A stretch of DNA of 47,047 nt from Nemertoderma westbladi (Eukaryota; Animalia; Xenacoelomorpha). Positions 1-13,534 of the stretch are shown here, in pieces. Under the pieces are notes generated by a model. The model searched no databases. It was not told where the DNA came from and saw only the letters and a program-made list of their open reading frames with translations. The stretch lies in the NCBI GenBank assembly GCA_032718475.1, contig JAUCBJ010007427.1, positions 1 to 47,047 of the forward strand, read 5' to 3'. The position numbers and the translations under genes are program-made. Position 1 is the first letter of the stretch. The number at the start of each line of letters is the position of its first letter.

Positions 1-129
1 TAGAATGTTATTTAGTGATTATTTAGTAGATTAGTGCAATATATTAGTGTTTATTACTTAATTACTTATATATTATATTTAGTGCGACGGCGAGAAATAA
101 TTCTTTTTCTCTTTCCTTACTGTCCGTAT
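1..129 (+). repeat. Partial copy of 1525-1654, probably a remnant of the 5' LTR
   Basis: Direct repeat with few differences (…tttagtgcgacggcgagaaataattcttttctctttccttactgtccgtat) joined directly to integrase coding sequence. Confidence 0.75.
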
Positions 130-131
130 CA

Positions 132-1415
132 TGTCTGTCCGACACTAAGTTTCCCATACTCATTAGAAATCTTGACATACAGATCAAGATAATTGTAGAT
201 GTTCATAGCAAACTGTATCATGCTGGTAGAGAACGAGTTCTGAGCGAAATTCGAACTCGCTACTATTTTTATGAACCCCGTAGGGCTCTGAACCAAGTTC
301 TTAGGAATTGTATACCCTGTAGGAAAGCATTCAGTAGGCCTTTAACGCAGCGAGAGGCAGAATTACCTAGGGAAAGAGTAAGCTTCTATGAACCACCCTT
401 TACTAATACCGGTGTGGATTTATTTGGCCCTATTGAAGTATATCGTGCCCGGACTATAGTCAAAAGATGGTGTGTCATCTTCGTTTGTATGACTTGTAGA
501 GCTATCCATCTCGATATGGTAAACGATCTATCCACCAACAGCTTCGTGTTGAGTTTACGACGACAGATCGCTCGCTTCGGAACCAGTAACACGATGAGAT
601 CGGATAAGGGAACGAACTTCATTGGCGCCAACAACGAAATTCAAGCTTACGTAAAGGACTGGAACAAAAGACAGGTGGACGATCAGCTAAGGATAACAGC
701 GTCTAGCTGGACCTTCAACGCCGCCGACGCCCCTTGGTGGGGAGGAAGTTGGGAGAGATTGATTAGGAGCGTGAAGACTGCGTTCCACTTTATTGTGCCT
801 TGTCGCGCTTATCTCACTGACGAACTATTGCGGACGTTAATGGAGGAAATCGCCGCCTATCTCAACGAAAGACCGCTTATGCCAGTCTCTTCAAATCCTG
901 ATTCCCTGGAAGCGCTAACACCCGCGCACTTTCTACTGAAGAAACCCGTAGCCATGCTCCCACGATCGGAGATCACAGACGGAGACGAGTACTGCCGTCG
1001 AACCTGGCAACTTATGCAGTTGCTATCCCGTCGTTTCGCTGACCATTTCGAGAAACATTACCTGCCCACTCTACAACTTCGAACTAAGTGGTTTGCGCAG
1101 CAAGAAAACGTCAGCGCTGGAGACATGGTGCTTATTGTGGACCCCGATCTCCCACGTAAGCGATGGCAAACAGGACGTATCATCGAGACTTATATCTCGA
1201 GCGATGGTTTGGTGCGATCAGTAGAGCTCGTCGTCATGCGGCGGAACTTTAAGAAACCAGGGATAGTCTTTGAGACTCAACAGCTCAATCGCCCAGTGGG
1301 ACGTTTATGTTTACTGGAAAGAGACAGAGAGCTCTCCGGAAACTATGGAAGGCAAGAAACTCTTCCCACGACCACTTCCCTAATCCAACCGACATCTAGG
1401 GACTCCCCAACTTAA
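132..1415 (+). CDS. BEL/Pao LTR retrotransposon pol C-terminus (integrase), 5'-truncated
   Basis: The frame of ORF 414..1415 is open back to ~132. It shows an HHCC zinc finger (HSKLYH...CIPC), the DDE core (TGVDLFGP, RSDKGTNF, APWWGGSWERL), ALTPAHFL, and the BEL/Pao-type C-terminal region (YLPTLQLRTKW...W.GRI...DGLVRSV...RPVGRLCLL). Confidence 0.9.
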   Translation, partial: CLSDTKFPILIRNLDIQIKIIVDVHSKLYHAGRERVLSEIRTRYYFYEPRRALNQVLRNCIPCRKAFSRPLTQREAELPRERVSFYEPPFTNTGVDLFGPIEVYRARTIVKRWCVIFVCMTCRAIHLDMVNDLSTNSFVLSLRRQIARFGTSNTMRSDKGTNFIGANNEIQAYVKDWNKRQVDDQLRITASSWTFNAADAPWWGGSWERLIRSVKTAFHFIVPCRAYLTDELLRTLMEEIAAYLNERPLMPVSSNPDSLEALTPAHFLLKKPVAMLPRSEITDGDEYCRRTWQLMQLLSRRFADHFEKHYLPTLQLRTKWFAQQENVSAGDMVLIVDPDLPRKRWQTGRIIETYISSDGLVRSVELVVMRRNFKKPGIVFETQQLNRPVGRLCLLERDRELSGNYGRQETLPTTTSLIQPTSRDSPT

Positions 1416-1433
1416 TATCGTTCGGAGTGGGCG

Positions 1434-1834
1434 TGTGACTCTATTATTTTATATTATTTTATTATTTTTACATTTATGTATGTATTACTATGTAATTTTA
1501 TTATAATCGTTTTATTTAATTTAGTAGAATATTATTTCGCGATTATTTAGTAGAATAGTGCAATATATTCGTGTTTATTACGTACGTAATTACTTATATT
1601 ATATTTAGTGCGACGGCGAGAAATAATTCTTTTCTCTTTCCTTACTGTCCGTATTATATTATAAATACGTAACTACAGTAAGATGAAATGTCCGTACTTA
1701 TTAAAGTACAATAAAGCCACTACTATATTTAAGTATTATTGGTAGGCAGAGTATTAGGAATGCAAAGTTCAGATCCTCGTGTCTCGGCTAAACCAAGCTC
1801 TGGGTAGACCTTGGAAACGACTTGCCTCTTCACA
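1434..1834 (+). mobile_element. Candidate 3' LTR of the BEL/Pao element
   Basis: Follows the pol stop and the G-rich ggagtgggcg (PPT-like). It has TGTGA...TCACA inverted termini, contains AATAAA (~1710), and includes the segment repeated at 1-129. Confidence 0.55.
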
Positions 1835-1957
1835 CTGACATTGCTTCGTGCGATATTGCTCTCATACCGTATATTAAATAATACATATAGTAGCGTGATG
1901 TCCCTTTAACAGTAGCGTAAAACGCAAAATAAATCTGTTAAACCCTTTGACCATCTG

Positions 1958-2230
1958 CAATTCTAGTCGATTAAGATATCGCGGCACCCACCGATATACT
2001 TGAAAGACAAAATTCTAGAATCAGTGGTTAATGTCCCCAGACTTGTTCTGGAATAAACTGGTGCCCATCCTAAATATTAATTATTAATATTTATAAAATC
2101 TGTCAAATTTTAGATCCTTTAAAATTCTAGTCTATTAAGATATCGTAGCACTTACCGATATTCTTAAAAAGATCAATTCCTAGAATCAAGGATCCCAGTC
2201 CACAGACTTGTTCTGGAATACAATTGTGTC
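1958..2230 (+). repeat. Imperfect ~110-bp direct repeat pair (~1958-2065 and ~2121-2228)
   Basis: aattctagtc.attaagatatcg..gcac..accgatat...ctagaatca...cagacttgttctggaata occurs twice. Confidence 0.75.
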
Positions 2231-3049
2231 TATTTAATATTAAATAATAAAATTACGGGAATAAATTTAAATTCATCTTTTAATGAATTTGATAAATTGT
2301 TATTTTATAAAATTTATAATATTCCCAAAATTCCATTAATTAATAGATCATGGGAGCGGAGATTCACCTCTTAAGTGTATTAGTGTGCGAGAATCTCCAA
2401 TATAGAGTCAATAGCCGATAAAATTCATAAAATCATGTATAAAGATGATATTGACCATTAAAGACTTACTATTAAATAGCATCCCAGATCTGTATGCATG
2501 GGAATTACCCTAATTCTACCGCTAGCTTTCCATAATGTCACCATAGCAACAACCACGCTAGAATTAGAAGCGAGTTAACAGAACAATAAAAAGCTTGCTC
2601 ATTGAATAGCATACGGAATAAATAGCACACCGCTAGTATCCAAGGATACATAATAACAGCGTGACATTCTGGAAGGCACTGACTAACGGACAAATGACCC
2701 GAATGTGTGATAGAATGTGTACCATTTGTGACAGTTACGTGGAATTTGTGCGTTTGTAGGTGAATGTTACTACTAAGGTGTGTTTACAGTAGCGAGTCGC
2801 AATTGTGAAAGTAGCCCTAACTCTCCAGTAAGAACCTGAAGTATATCTAAGCCTTTGGGACGGACGGTGGAGTGACTTGTGCTGGTTGTTGTAGTCGTTG
2901 TGCAGCTACGACGTTGGCGATAGGCACATCAACGAAAGTACACCAGCGCTGAGGATCTCGCACTGTCCGGGGGCAGAGAGGGGTAGGCAGCGACGCCCGC
3001 TCGCCTAAATATAAACTCATTATAATATGGATAAACTTATATAGCAGAT

Positions 3050-4045
3050 ATGATTGAGTTGATAGAAGATGATCTTGGTATCAGGGAGCGATATACTCTA
3101 CCTTTACAAGCGTTTGTTGATAGCTTGATACGCGGCGACGCTGGTCCAACTACTACGGAGGACGATGGTCGTTATATCTAACCGCCAATGTCCCGGAAGC
3201 AACTTGCGCGTGGGTTGGACTGTAGAAAATTCACCGCTCGCTATACGCATCGTAATGGTACGTATATGGACTTCTTAACTACTGGTCATCCTATCGACCT
3301 ACACGATACGAACGATATAGACACTAAAAGGGAAATGGTTTTATTTAAATATCCTACCCAGCGGAAGCGGAACGATAAACTGAAACTCGAACACGAAAAT
3401 TCTATTCGAAACCGACTCGAAAGTGCAGATGTTGAAGAGCCGGATAAACGCAGCGACTTCACCAAATACCTGGAATTCTTGAGAGAAACCTATCTCGATA
3501 TTACCAGTCAACAGAATCTAGAAACTCGATATCCTCAAGGTATACCTCATGACCGCATGGTAGAACTCAAACGGCTCTATTCCACTATGATGTATCTTAC
3601 CGCCGATCGACCGCTACCTGTTGTACCGGATAGCTTCGAACAGATGGAGGAATATTGTAAAACTGGAGAACGATCACCCGCGTTTCCCCTACAAGACGTG
3701 CGTCTTTGGTATTATTGCAATGAATGCCCAAGACCCAACCAACAAACGAAAAGACATAAACATCCGCGGAGACGTTGCTTTAAACACGGTTTTACTCGCT
3801 ATATTTACGGGAGTTTCGAGCGAAATTTGTTCGATGTATCACCTACGCTCGTTCGACTCAGATGATCCTTAAATAAACCAATGATCAGAGTTTCGGAATA
3901 CTCGATCAGACCTCCTCATTCCCTAGTGAGACCTCAGACTCTTGATCCTATTAGTATGTCGGATCCTCCCGAGCTGTACTCACTGCTCAAAGATCTAGTG
4001 TTACCTGAACAATTAGTCGGTGGCACCCGGTTGTGGGCTTCCTAG
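3050..4045 (+). pseudogene. Orphan ORF of unknown function upstream of an LTR (core 3188-3865)
   Basis: ATG at 3050 is in frame with ORF 3188..3865 across a single TAA, and the frame continues ~59 codons past TGA 3863-3865. There is a Cys/His cluster (YCNEC...RRCFKH) and a TATA-like aatataaa at ~3008. Confidence 0.5.
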
Positions 4046-4650
4046 ATATTAGCCCATCCTACCTAGCCGGATTGGGACGCGGACATTTAATATCGCCGTT
4101 TAACCCTTACCATCGTCCCGGCTTAACACGATATAACCTGTCACCAAAGTGGCGGAGAGCGTTGTACCAAATGAGTTAGACGCTATTCTACAAAGATCAG
4201 AAAAATAACTTACGCTTGTTCAGATAAACGTAAATTGCACTAGCAAGTCCAAGCGGTAAACAAAGTAACTATATCTCAGTTCGATCGGGAAATCCAGAAT
4301 CTCTAAGAAGTTATCGAACTTGGACGATCCTATTCTCTGCGAGAGTTTTTGGATGAACGTATCCAGCTACGAGCGGAGGAAAATCAGCTCGAGGAGAAGC
4401 ATATCGAAACGGCGGATACCCCGACCATAATCCTACACCTTCTGATGCAATCATATTGCACCCTTCACCCAGGAGTTACAGCCCTCCTAGTAAAGTGGCT
4501 CGCCCCAAAGAGAAAAGGACTCTTGCTAGCCTCAAAAAGCTGCGTAAACGCCGTCCGCGTAAGAAAGACTAACTGTTTAGAGTATTTTTATATTTTAGAA
4601 ACTGTGATTTGTTATATTTTATAGACTTAAATCCCATTTTCTGGGAGCGG

Positions 4651-5223
4651 TGTAAAGGCTTTTGCGTAATTGGCCGGTTATTTTCCCCTTAAAGTACTCT
4701 GTAGTTGGTTTAACAGGCATAAAAAGGCCGTGTCCTTACTGTACTGGTGTTTTAGAGGACATAAAAGTAATTTCTTCTGTATGTGTACTTTAGCGGACAT
4801 AATCCGCAATTCTATGACGCAAAAGCCGAAATACTCTTGAAACAGTGTCGCTACCATGACGACGGCTAACAGCTGATATTGCCACATAGAACATCTCTTT
4901 GTTCTTTGTTCTCTCTTTGTTCGGTCGACCAATCAGAGCGTTTTTTCTTTGTGTAAAAGCTGTACAGCAGAATCCCATGATTCAGTACTGACGTTTCCCC
5001 CACGCCTAAGAACACCGGCCGTGGAATGTTTTCTAACATTAGAGCGTCTTTAATTATAAGATCATCAAACTGTTATCTTGGTTAAGTACACTTGCATTAT
5101 TTACTGCTATTTACTGTGTTGTTAATTGTATCATTCGTTTGCATATTATTAATTGGAGAATATTGATAAACGATCAGAAACCCCAATCTTCTTGATACAC
5201 TAAGGTTAGAGAGACCGGTTACA
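4651..5223 (+). mobile_element. Candidate 3' LTR of an LTR retrotransposon
   Basis: tgggagcgg (PPT-like) lies immediately before TGTAAAGG, and the segment ends CCGGTTACA (TGTAA/TTACA inverted termini). No partner LTR is present in the window. Confidence 0.55.
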
Positions 5224-8200
5224 TATAACAATTTGCGACATACATTATCGTGGTTTGTAATGAGTTCAATGCTACTTAATAGGCCCTACAAATGTCGGTT
5301 GTTATTCTCTTTATATATGATTAAAATCAGTGAATATCGGCAATTCAATGTGCAGTTGTGTGCAATAGTCTGTGTGTGTTTGACCGAGTAACAAAGCATT
5401 TCCTAAAGAATGCACTTTGGTGATCTATAAGACATACCGTTGTGTATAGTGTAAGTCATAGCTCTGTTTAAATAGATAGAGCGCCACGTCCTAAAGGAAC
5501 TGCTAATATTTCCCGAAAGTGAATAATATTTGTCAGAGATTATATATTAACGATCAATCGAATAGTACGGTAGGCCTGCACCGCAATCAAATTAAAGCAT
5601 CCGAATCCAGTCTCCCGGGTATATCCAGCGGGTGAATGGTCGCGCACAGACTGGCTTCGGCTAATGTTAGAATTATTATAGGTGTTCAATACTTGTCCTA
5701 GGCTAAAGTAGATTTATAACCGAGAGAAAGCCGCCCCAATATTAGATTATTACAACAACATATCCATTGGGTAAGAAAGTGGAGGAGAGCCAGCCCGTCT
5801 CTTAATTTTTTACTTTATATTACGCGATCAATTTTCACTCATCTCGTCATGAACCCAACATGTATGTAACCTTTTGTTAAATTTGTTGGCTATGCGTTTG
5901 CGGTTGTTTGGGCGGAGTGTGGTAGGCCTACACTTTTCACACTTAAATATTTTGGTTGTGAAATGTTACAGGGCATAGCTATCTGAGATATTTCATTTAT
6001 ATTTTATTATGAGAGGAAGAAGAACATACAACGTTATTTACTATAATATATGTAACAAAATAATTGTTTTCGGGTTTAACTTGGAAGCCTCCCCAAATAG
6101 TTGATACAATTATATTTAAAATTATTTCCATGGTCATGGTCATTCACCCGTCTTTAGTTAGAAATTTGTTTGCATGAAAGACAGTTTAGTTTAGTTTTTA
6201 CTGATTTATTATCTCTTATCTGACTGGGGTAATAATAAAGGATAGGATAAATGGAAGCAAAGTGTGACAGTAACAAATATTTCCCCATCACCCTAGCATG
6301 TCTTAAGTATATGATATATCAAAGGGGGAAGTTTGGATTCACTGCATAAATGCAGTTCACCAAACTTCCCCCGAATGCACACTGTAACTTCCCCCTTCCC
6401 ACAAATATCCACTGTTGAATTAATTTGAAGCGATATAATAAGTACAAAATTGTGCGAGTTTTTAATTGTGTGGTCCAATTGTTATTTGATTTCTATTTAT
6501 TATTTAAAGTGCATTTAATATCACACTGGTTTTTAGAATATTATACTATACAACCTTATGTTTTATTAATTTACCCAATCGAAGCCTCATAAGGGCCGGT
6601 TATTTGTACGCATATCCCCTAATGCGCTCAGTAAGGTTCAAACAACATATTAATATGAAAATAAAGTATCTGCAAAGAAAAGAACCCAATACTATATAAT
6701 TTGACCTTATTAAAAAATTTGCACTTTTGCACACTTATTTGTACAAATGCACTTTAGCAGATCGTAATGGTGGCTCTTATTTAACAAACTTATGTTTATC
6801 CTCTACCGATCTACGATGGTGTATGATCAAGTGTCAGTCGCTAAAAGTGTCAAAAATCCAATTTAATAAATCTGGATTTGCGATTTTGGACCATATTCAT
6901 GGACATTTTAAAGTCACTTTATAGACATAAAAAGTTAAACAAATGTTACGATTATAGTTAGAAATCATTCCAAACTACATTTTAATCCAAAAAATAATAT
7001 TCTACGATGAATAGAACTGGAAATAACAGTGTTTGAAATATCGAAAAAATGTTCACTATTTAAGTGCATTTTGCACTAAGTGCATTAAAAAAAAGGGCCA
7101 AAATAACGCGATATTTTTCGACCCTTAAAATTCGTAATTTTAATTATATATGTTAAGATAAAAGATAGCAGAGTTAATTTGATACTTTTTACAGGTACTT
7201 TTGGCGCAATACGCTAAATTATAATGGAATAGCGATTTGTTAAAAAAAAAAATTTTTCGTCCCTTTTTATAAATATTATATTTCACACGATCGCCTGCCG
7301 CTCCAGTTTTATAATACCTCCGGCGCTGTGATTAACGCTGTTAGATAGATAATTTAACGCACTATAAGTCTGTGTAAACAAATCTCCCGTAAGTTAAGTA
7401 GTTTTCGAGCTAGACGATTTCCCGCGAAGCAAGTTTGAAGCGCGAAATTATAATTTTGGCCCTCATTTTTTTAATATCATCCTTGGAGCAAAACCGATAG
7501 CATATTTGAATTCCCCGTATGGATATTGACTGTATAGAATGTACCTTAACCAAACTAAAGTTAAAAATAAAAAATTATTCGATAAAAACTACTTTACAAA
7601 TTCTGGCCCTTTTTGGCCCCTATTGCCGACATATTTTTTGTACCCCCATTCGATAGGAACGTAGCCCCAATGGTCTTCTACGAGTTTCATAAAATAATTA
7701 GTGGATTCCTACCCGCGTTGTCGAATTAAACATTTCGGAAATAAGTTTTCCAAAAAAGACGGACAAAAACGTACAAATTTACAGCCCCTTTTTCCACCCG
7801 AAATTTTAATAAATATCTTACCCCCATTCAATACGAAGGTGGTACCACTCTTCCCCTTTCCAACCGCGTTACTTTCGTCCCCGTACGATTAATATTAGCC
7901 GAGTTATAGCGGATCCCGCAAAGTCATTTTGTCCGTTTTTTCAACTTTGACGGACATTTTCGGAAAAAAGGCGTGGTAATCTTTTTTGAAAAAAAAAACG
8001 AATTCACTAATTAATCCCTTCTATCGTATCCCGGCGTCGGCTAAGCAATAACCTAGGGTTTTTTCGAGCCACTGTAGAGCGCCTTTCAAAAAAATTTTAA
8101 AATTGTCGAAAAAATAACGGATTTTTGTCCGCCGTGTCCGTCGAAGGGTTAGATTTAATAATGTTAGAGTTGCTAATATCTTAGAATTCCGAGTGGTGAG

Positions 8201-9289
8201 AAAATAAAAAAATTTGGTCTGTTCCTTCATCGAAAAGTCCCCCAGAATCCCAAGTTAACCTATATAGTTAGCGATGGCCTGCGGCTTTAGGAGCGGCCGC
8301 GGTATTCACCTCCCTCATAGCGGCCGCGGCGGTGTTGCGTCAAATGGATAAATATTTATCCCACCAAGGGGTGCGCGGGTGCTAGGGGGGGGGGGGGGGG
8401 GGGGGGGGGTGGTAGACAGAGAGGGGGTGGGGGGGGGGGGGGGGGGGGGGGGTGTGGGGTGTGGTTGGTATAGAAACTGAGGAATAGAAAAGCCAGCGGC
8501 AATAGAGGAAAATCAGCCTCCCACACCTCTCTTGATACTCCCCAAATACTTACACGAATATCGCATTACTGTATTAGTACATAGAACCACACTCTTGTCT
8601 GCCAGTCCAAGTTACTGTGTTAGTCTTAGTAGTAGTATCAAATTTCCCGCCTTGTAACCAGGTAACGTCAGTTTGCGGTGGCTTAATTAACTCTTAATAA
8701 TTTCATTATTAAGATTCTTTGTTTTATAATAATTAATATCTTATTTATATTCTTGAAAAAAAACAAATAAGCAATAATCATATATATTATTACATAATCA
8801 GTACTTTAATAGGAACACCGGGAATATCCATTATCGATTCTGTACACCAAAATATGCATCCAAAAGCCAATACAATACAGTAGGTTATTAACATTATTAT
8901 TACTGTTCTGAAATTACGCAATAATTAATTTTACCCATAACAACTATTAATGTACTGTACCAACATACAGCACCACAAGTTTGCTGGCTAGGGCCTATAC
9001 CTACTAAATAAAATTCGGCTGTGCCATCTTTCAGTAACATCTACGATGTCAGTATAATATCAAAGCTGTAAAAAAATTAATATTATGATGAAACATATAT
9101 GTTTCGCAAACAATTCGAATTCACAAACAATGTTAATATTGGACTAGACTGTGAAGTTCTGTTCATATAAGAGTGCGATTTAAATGTAATTGTTGGAAAC
9201 TGAAATCCACAAGTTACTAATTGTTAGGCTGAAAGTAAGGAGGGAGGGGGGGGGGGGGGGGGGGGGTAGAATTCCTTATTAAAGATTAG

Positions 9290-9345
9290 CCCCAATGTCC
9301 CTCTCGTCAACCCAAGGTGTTGACGGGACATTGGGGATCTTGTTT
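9290..9345. other. Stem-loop followed by CTTGTTT; possible Helitron/Helentron-type element terminus
   Basis: ccccaatgtccc...cgtcaac / gttgacg ggacattgggg are complementary arms in otherwise very AT-rich DNA. Confidence 0.4.
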
Positions 9346-11339
9346 AGTACCAAAAATATTTCAAATTTTATTTAAAACCAACAAAAAAATAAAATATCAA
9401 AGAATGAAAACTAAATTTTACTGTTTAACAGAATACTTGGTTAATATTACTGTAAGTATTTGCATTAAAATAAAAAATTTATTTGCATAATTATCACAAA
9501 AGCACCTTTTTTATTCTTTGCTTTTGTAAATACGCTAAAAAATATATCAGTATTTGTATAAAATGCAAAATAATAAATTAAATAAATTTTAATTATGAAA
9601 TATAACAATATATTTATGGTATATAGCTATAGCTCTTTATACTATTAATATATTTATATAATATAATTAATATTATTATTATTTAGTATAATATATTAAA
9701 GATTCAATACTAAATTGTAAATTTAACTTGTTCAATTAATAAAATAATTTCTGCACATGGCAGTATAGGACCACAAACTTGATAAATGGGCATACATTTA
9801 AACCAATACGACGTCACAAATGTTAACACTGTAACTGAATATAGGCACAGGTTATATATAAGTCAATCGATAGACAATAACAAAATTAAAAAGCATTAAA
9901 TACCGCGGTAGTTTGGTATCCCTACCCGGATGCGGTTTGGATGAAACGAAGACATGAAAGTTAAAAACTCAACGAACCAAAGCATGTCTGGTCGACTGAT
10001 GGACACCGAACCACTCGCGAATTTAAACTGGGGATCCCAACTCACTCCGGAACGCAACCCATACTGCGATAATAACTCATCGCTTGCTGTTGCATTGAAT
10101 TGCTCTACCGCAGTTGACCCACGGAAGTTTTGCACTTTGTATTTCAGTATTTCGTGCCGCTGATTCTAGAGCCTAAGATTTCATCCGGTAACCGTTGCAA
10201 GTACCATAAACCACGCGATGTAATCGTACCGATACCACAAAGTCTCTTTAGTTTCACCTGCATGTTTGCTTTTAGCGAAGTCCTGCTTACGAGGCCAAGG
10301 GCCGGAAGTCGCGATGATAGAGTTCCGGTACGAGCATCTCTCGACCTTCGCCGTCCAGAAATATGTGAGAACATTATCGCAAACGTACTGGCACCCAGTC
10401 AGCCAGTGCCAATTTGTGTCGTCAACGTTTAAGACTCAGCAGTCATCTCTTGCAGAAGGAGATGAATCGTTAGGATAAGCTGCAAGTGATCCTCACCTCA
10501 TAGGGATCCTCGGAAATAAGGATTACAACGTCTGAACTCGAAGTTTAGAACAGCAGTATAATGCAGGCAGATTGTATAAAATAAGCAGTAGGTAGGTAGG
10601 TGGAACTTAGAACAGAGGGAAGTCGGACTCCTGAGTTTACTAAAATCCTAAGGTTATTAGCCCCTTGCGTGACTGCCGGTTTTGTCTGAGTTCGCTCGAC
10701 CTAGTAGTAGTACGGTCACTGTGGAATTGCTACTGAAAGAACAGTTGATATGAGTAAACAGAAATGCTAGGCATAGGGGCCTAGTTCAATCACAGTACTG
10801 CAGTACCGGTATTAGACTCACTAAAAATTAAAAAATATTCAATGAAATACTGAAATAGGCCTAATTATACAACAACCATCAGACCGTACTGCCGTACAGT
10901 CGTACCGAACCTGATAACCTGCAGACACGCCTAGAATACAAGTACAAGGTATAGTATGTAGAATGTAGGTATGGCAGTAAGGCCTGTGGAAGTATTGGCG
11001 GCGGTCTGGCGGTAGCCTACTGCAGCAGGCGTTCCAGTTGTACCGCAGACAGGTAATACAGTAATAGGAAATCAAACACTAACTGCTGAACTGCTAGGCC
11101 TAGCAGAAGAACAGTGCCAGTACACATAAGGCTGCAAAGTCAATGCTAGCAGCAGCATTCAAAGAATGATACCACACAGCCAGCTGTGAGTTCATTATCC
11201 TTGCCTCACACTAAGAGTGTTGCTGCTGCTAGGATACAAATTATCTGTTATTGGCTAGAGCTGTACCATTGGTTGGCTTTCATGTTATGATATTCAAATG
11301 GTTTGATGGAGGGAATTTCAAAATAGTCAAATAATACAA

Positions 11340-13100
11340 CAATAATGAAATTTTTAATATGATGTGCAATTATAAAAATCGCTGTAACTCTGGTGCAACA
11401 CGACCGTATTCGATGAAATTTTCATTGTTACGTACGGTAATTAATGCGTTTACAATTGCTATACTCAATATATTTATAATCGGTATGATTTTTAAACTAT
11501 AAGAGTTTAAGAGCCGGGAATTGCCAAATTGTGGCCACGTAAGCCAGATTTGACCACAAAATTGACCAGGTTCGTTCAACTCTTGAAAATTTTGGAATAT
11601 GTCAATTTTGTTCTACTATCATGTTCTATAAATGACCGAAGTTAAAAAAAATATAATTCCTAGGAAGTTGTTTTATTTTTGATAAATATGTAATTTTATG
11701 GTGAAAATTGGTTAATTTTGTTAAAAATGAGTGAAAATTTGACGGTTTGGAGTAAAATTGGGTGGGTTGGGCCAACTCATATAAATTGTTGCCAGTGTCA
11801 TTTTTCTTATCCTAAAACGTTCTTTAATTGAGCACAGTTTTAGAAAATATAATTCCTAGGAAGTTCTTAAACTAAAGCTCAGACTTTCAAAAAGACGGTC
11901 ATTTAACGGACTTTTTTTATTTGTCTGTCATACCTACACATATCGTTGAAATCGAAAATGGCATGCATATTCGGATTCAGCACACCAAAATGTACCTATA
12001 TAGTATATTTTGAGGTAATCTGAGGCTAAAATAAAAAAAAATGAAAAAATGAAAAAAAATTTCGCCAAAATTTGCCAAACTTCCAAAAATACTTAACTTG
12101 CTCAGATTTTCATGAAATTTGGTACGGATGTGCCCAAAGCAATTCTAAGAAACTAATTTGAAGGATTTACGGAAAAATGCAATTTAAGCTGATATATCGC
12201 ATTTTGAGTGCCTAATTTTAGGCTAAATTTCAAGAAAATACAGATTTCCTAAGTTTGGCCCTTATTTACTACATGAAGCAAAGACTTTTTGTATTAACAT
12301 TAAATGGATAACATGTAGAGCTATCTTATCCATCTGTGATGTTAAAGTTTCAGAAAAATATAAACAGACAATTCGGAGAAAACCACTTTCTACCAAAACC
12401 TATTTTGTCAACTTCCAAAATTACCATTTTTTGGCCCCAATTTCCGGCCCTTAATATTCAGGCAACGCACAATATCAATAACAGTAATGGAACTCCCATC
12501 TTCCCTCTATATAACGCAAGTGGAACGGTTTCGTTCTAATTAAAAGATACAGAGTTATAACGATTTAAAAATTGTCAAAAATATCCAAATTTGGCCCAAA
12601 ATTGGCCAAAAGTTAAATTATTGGCATACTGTTAAATATTTTTGGCCAATATTTTGACCCGATGAACAACTGTATTGGATATGTATTCGGTATGAGTTTC
12701 AATCGAAATAGCCAAGCTGCTTTGGTGATAGCGAGAAAACAATGTAAAAATTTACCATTTTGATAATTTTTGGGTAAAATTAAAATGTGGCCAAAATGGC
12801 CAAATTTGGCTAAACGAAATTTTTTAATGAAACTTGCAAATTTATCCGCGCACAAAGTCTCCGGAGAACATTTGAAGATTTCAGTCACCTTCATCCCGAA
12901 TTTCACCAATTAGTGCTAGAAGTTTCCAAATTGGGGCAAAAATCCACTTTTGGTTGCCAATTTGGAAATGTTGGGGAACTAAATTGAAAAAACAAAAGCG
13001 TACAAAATTCTTAGAATAACAAAAACTACAAACGTGGCAAATTTCAGAGAATATAATTCCTAGGAAGTTGTAAAACGCCCCGAGTAAGCTCCACTTTCTA
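11340..13100. repeat. Probable non-autonomous interspersed element, family unassigned
   Basis: Non-coding. atataattcctaggaagtt recurs at ~11651, ~11848 and ~13051, with many ttggccaa/aaattt-type palindromic motifs. Termini were not resolved. Confidence 0.3.
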
Positions 13101-13259
13101 TATACTAATGTTGGAACGCCTACGCCCGGTGTGGGAGAATCCTCACGAAGGATCCTCCCACGTTGTGTTGTTTTTAGGTTTACATAAGAACCGCATATCC
13201 GACTAGAAGACATATAGATTTGGCGGGTTAAACTGCCAAAGGTCTTAAAAGCGCGAACA

Positions 13260-13520
13260 GAGATAGTTAACTAAACGGTTACATAACGGCTGTGAGATTG
13301 TTAACTAAACTATTACATTACGGCTGTAAGATAGTTAACTAAACGTTTACATAACGGCAGTGAGATAGTTAACTAAACGGTTACATAACGGCTGTGAGAT
13401 TGTTAACTAAACTATTACATTACGGCTGTAAGATAGTTAACTAAACGTTTACATAACGGCTGTAAGATAGTTAACTAAACGTTTACATAACGGCTGTGAG
13501 ATAGTTAACTAAACTAAACG
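13260..13520 (+). repeat. 34-bp minisatellite, ~7.5 copies
   Basis: Unit gagatagttaactaaacggttacataacggctgt; variants recur with a 3-unit (102-bp) period. Confidence 0.9.
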
Positions 13521-13534
13521 TCTGAACCAGCGTA

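Noticed and set aside
6590-8270. Possible non-autonomous DNA transposon
   Set aside because: The composition is suggestive, but I could not find matching TIRs or a TSD.
9896-10500. Cluster of short ORFs in a slightly GC-richer patch
   Set aside because: I found no recognisable motif in the frames read and several stops, so a coding call cannot be supported.
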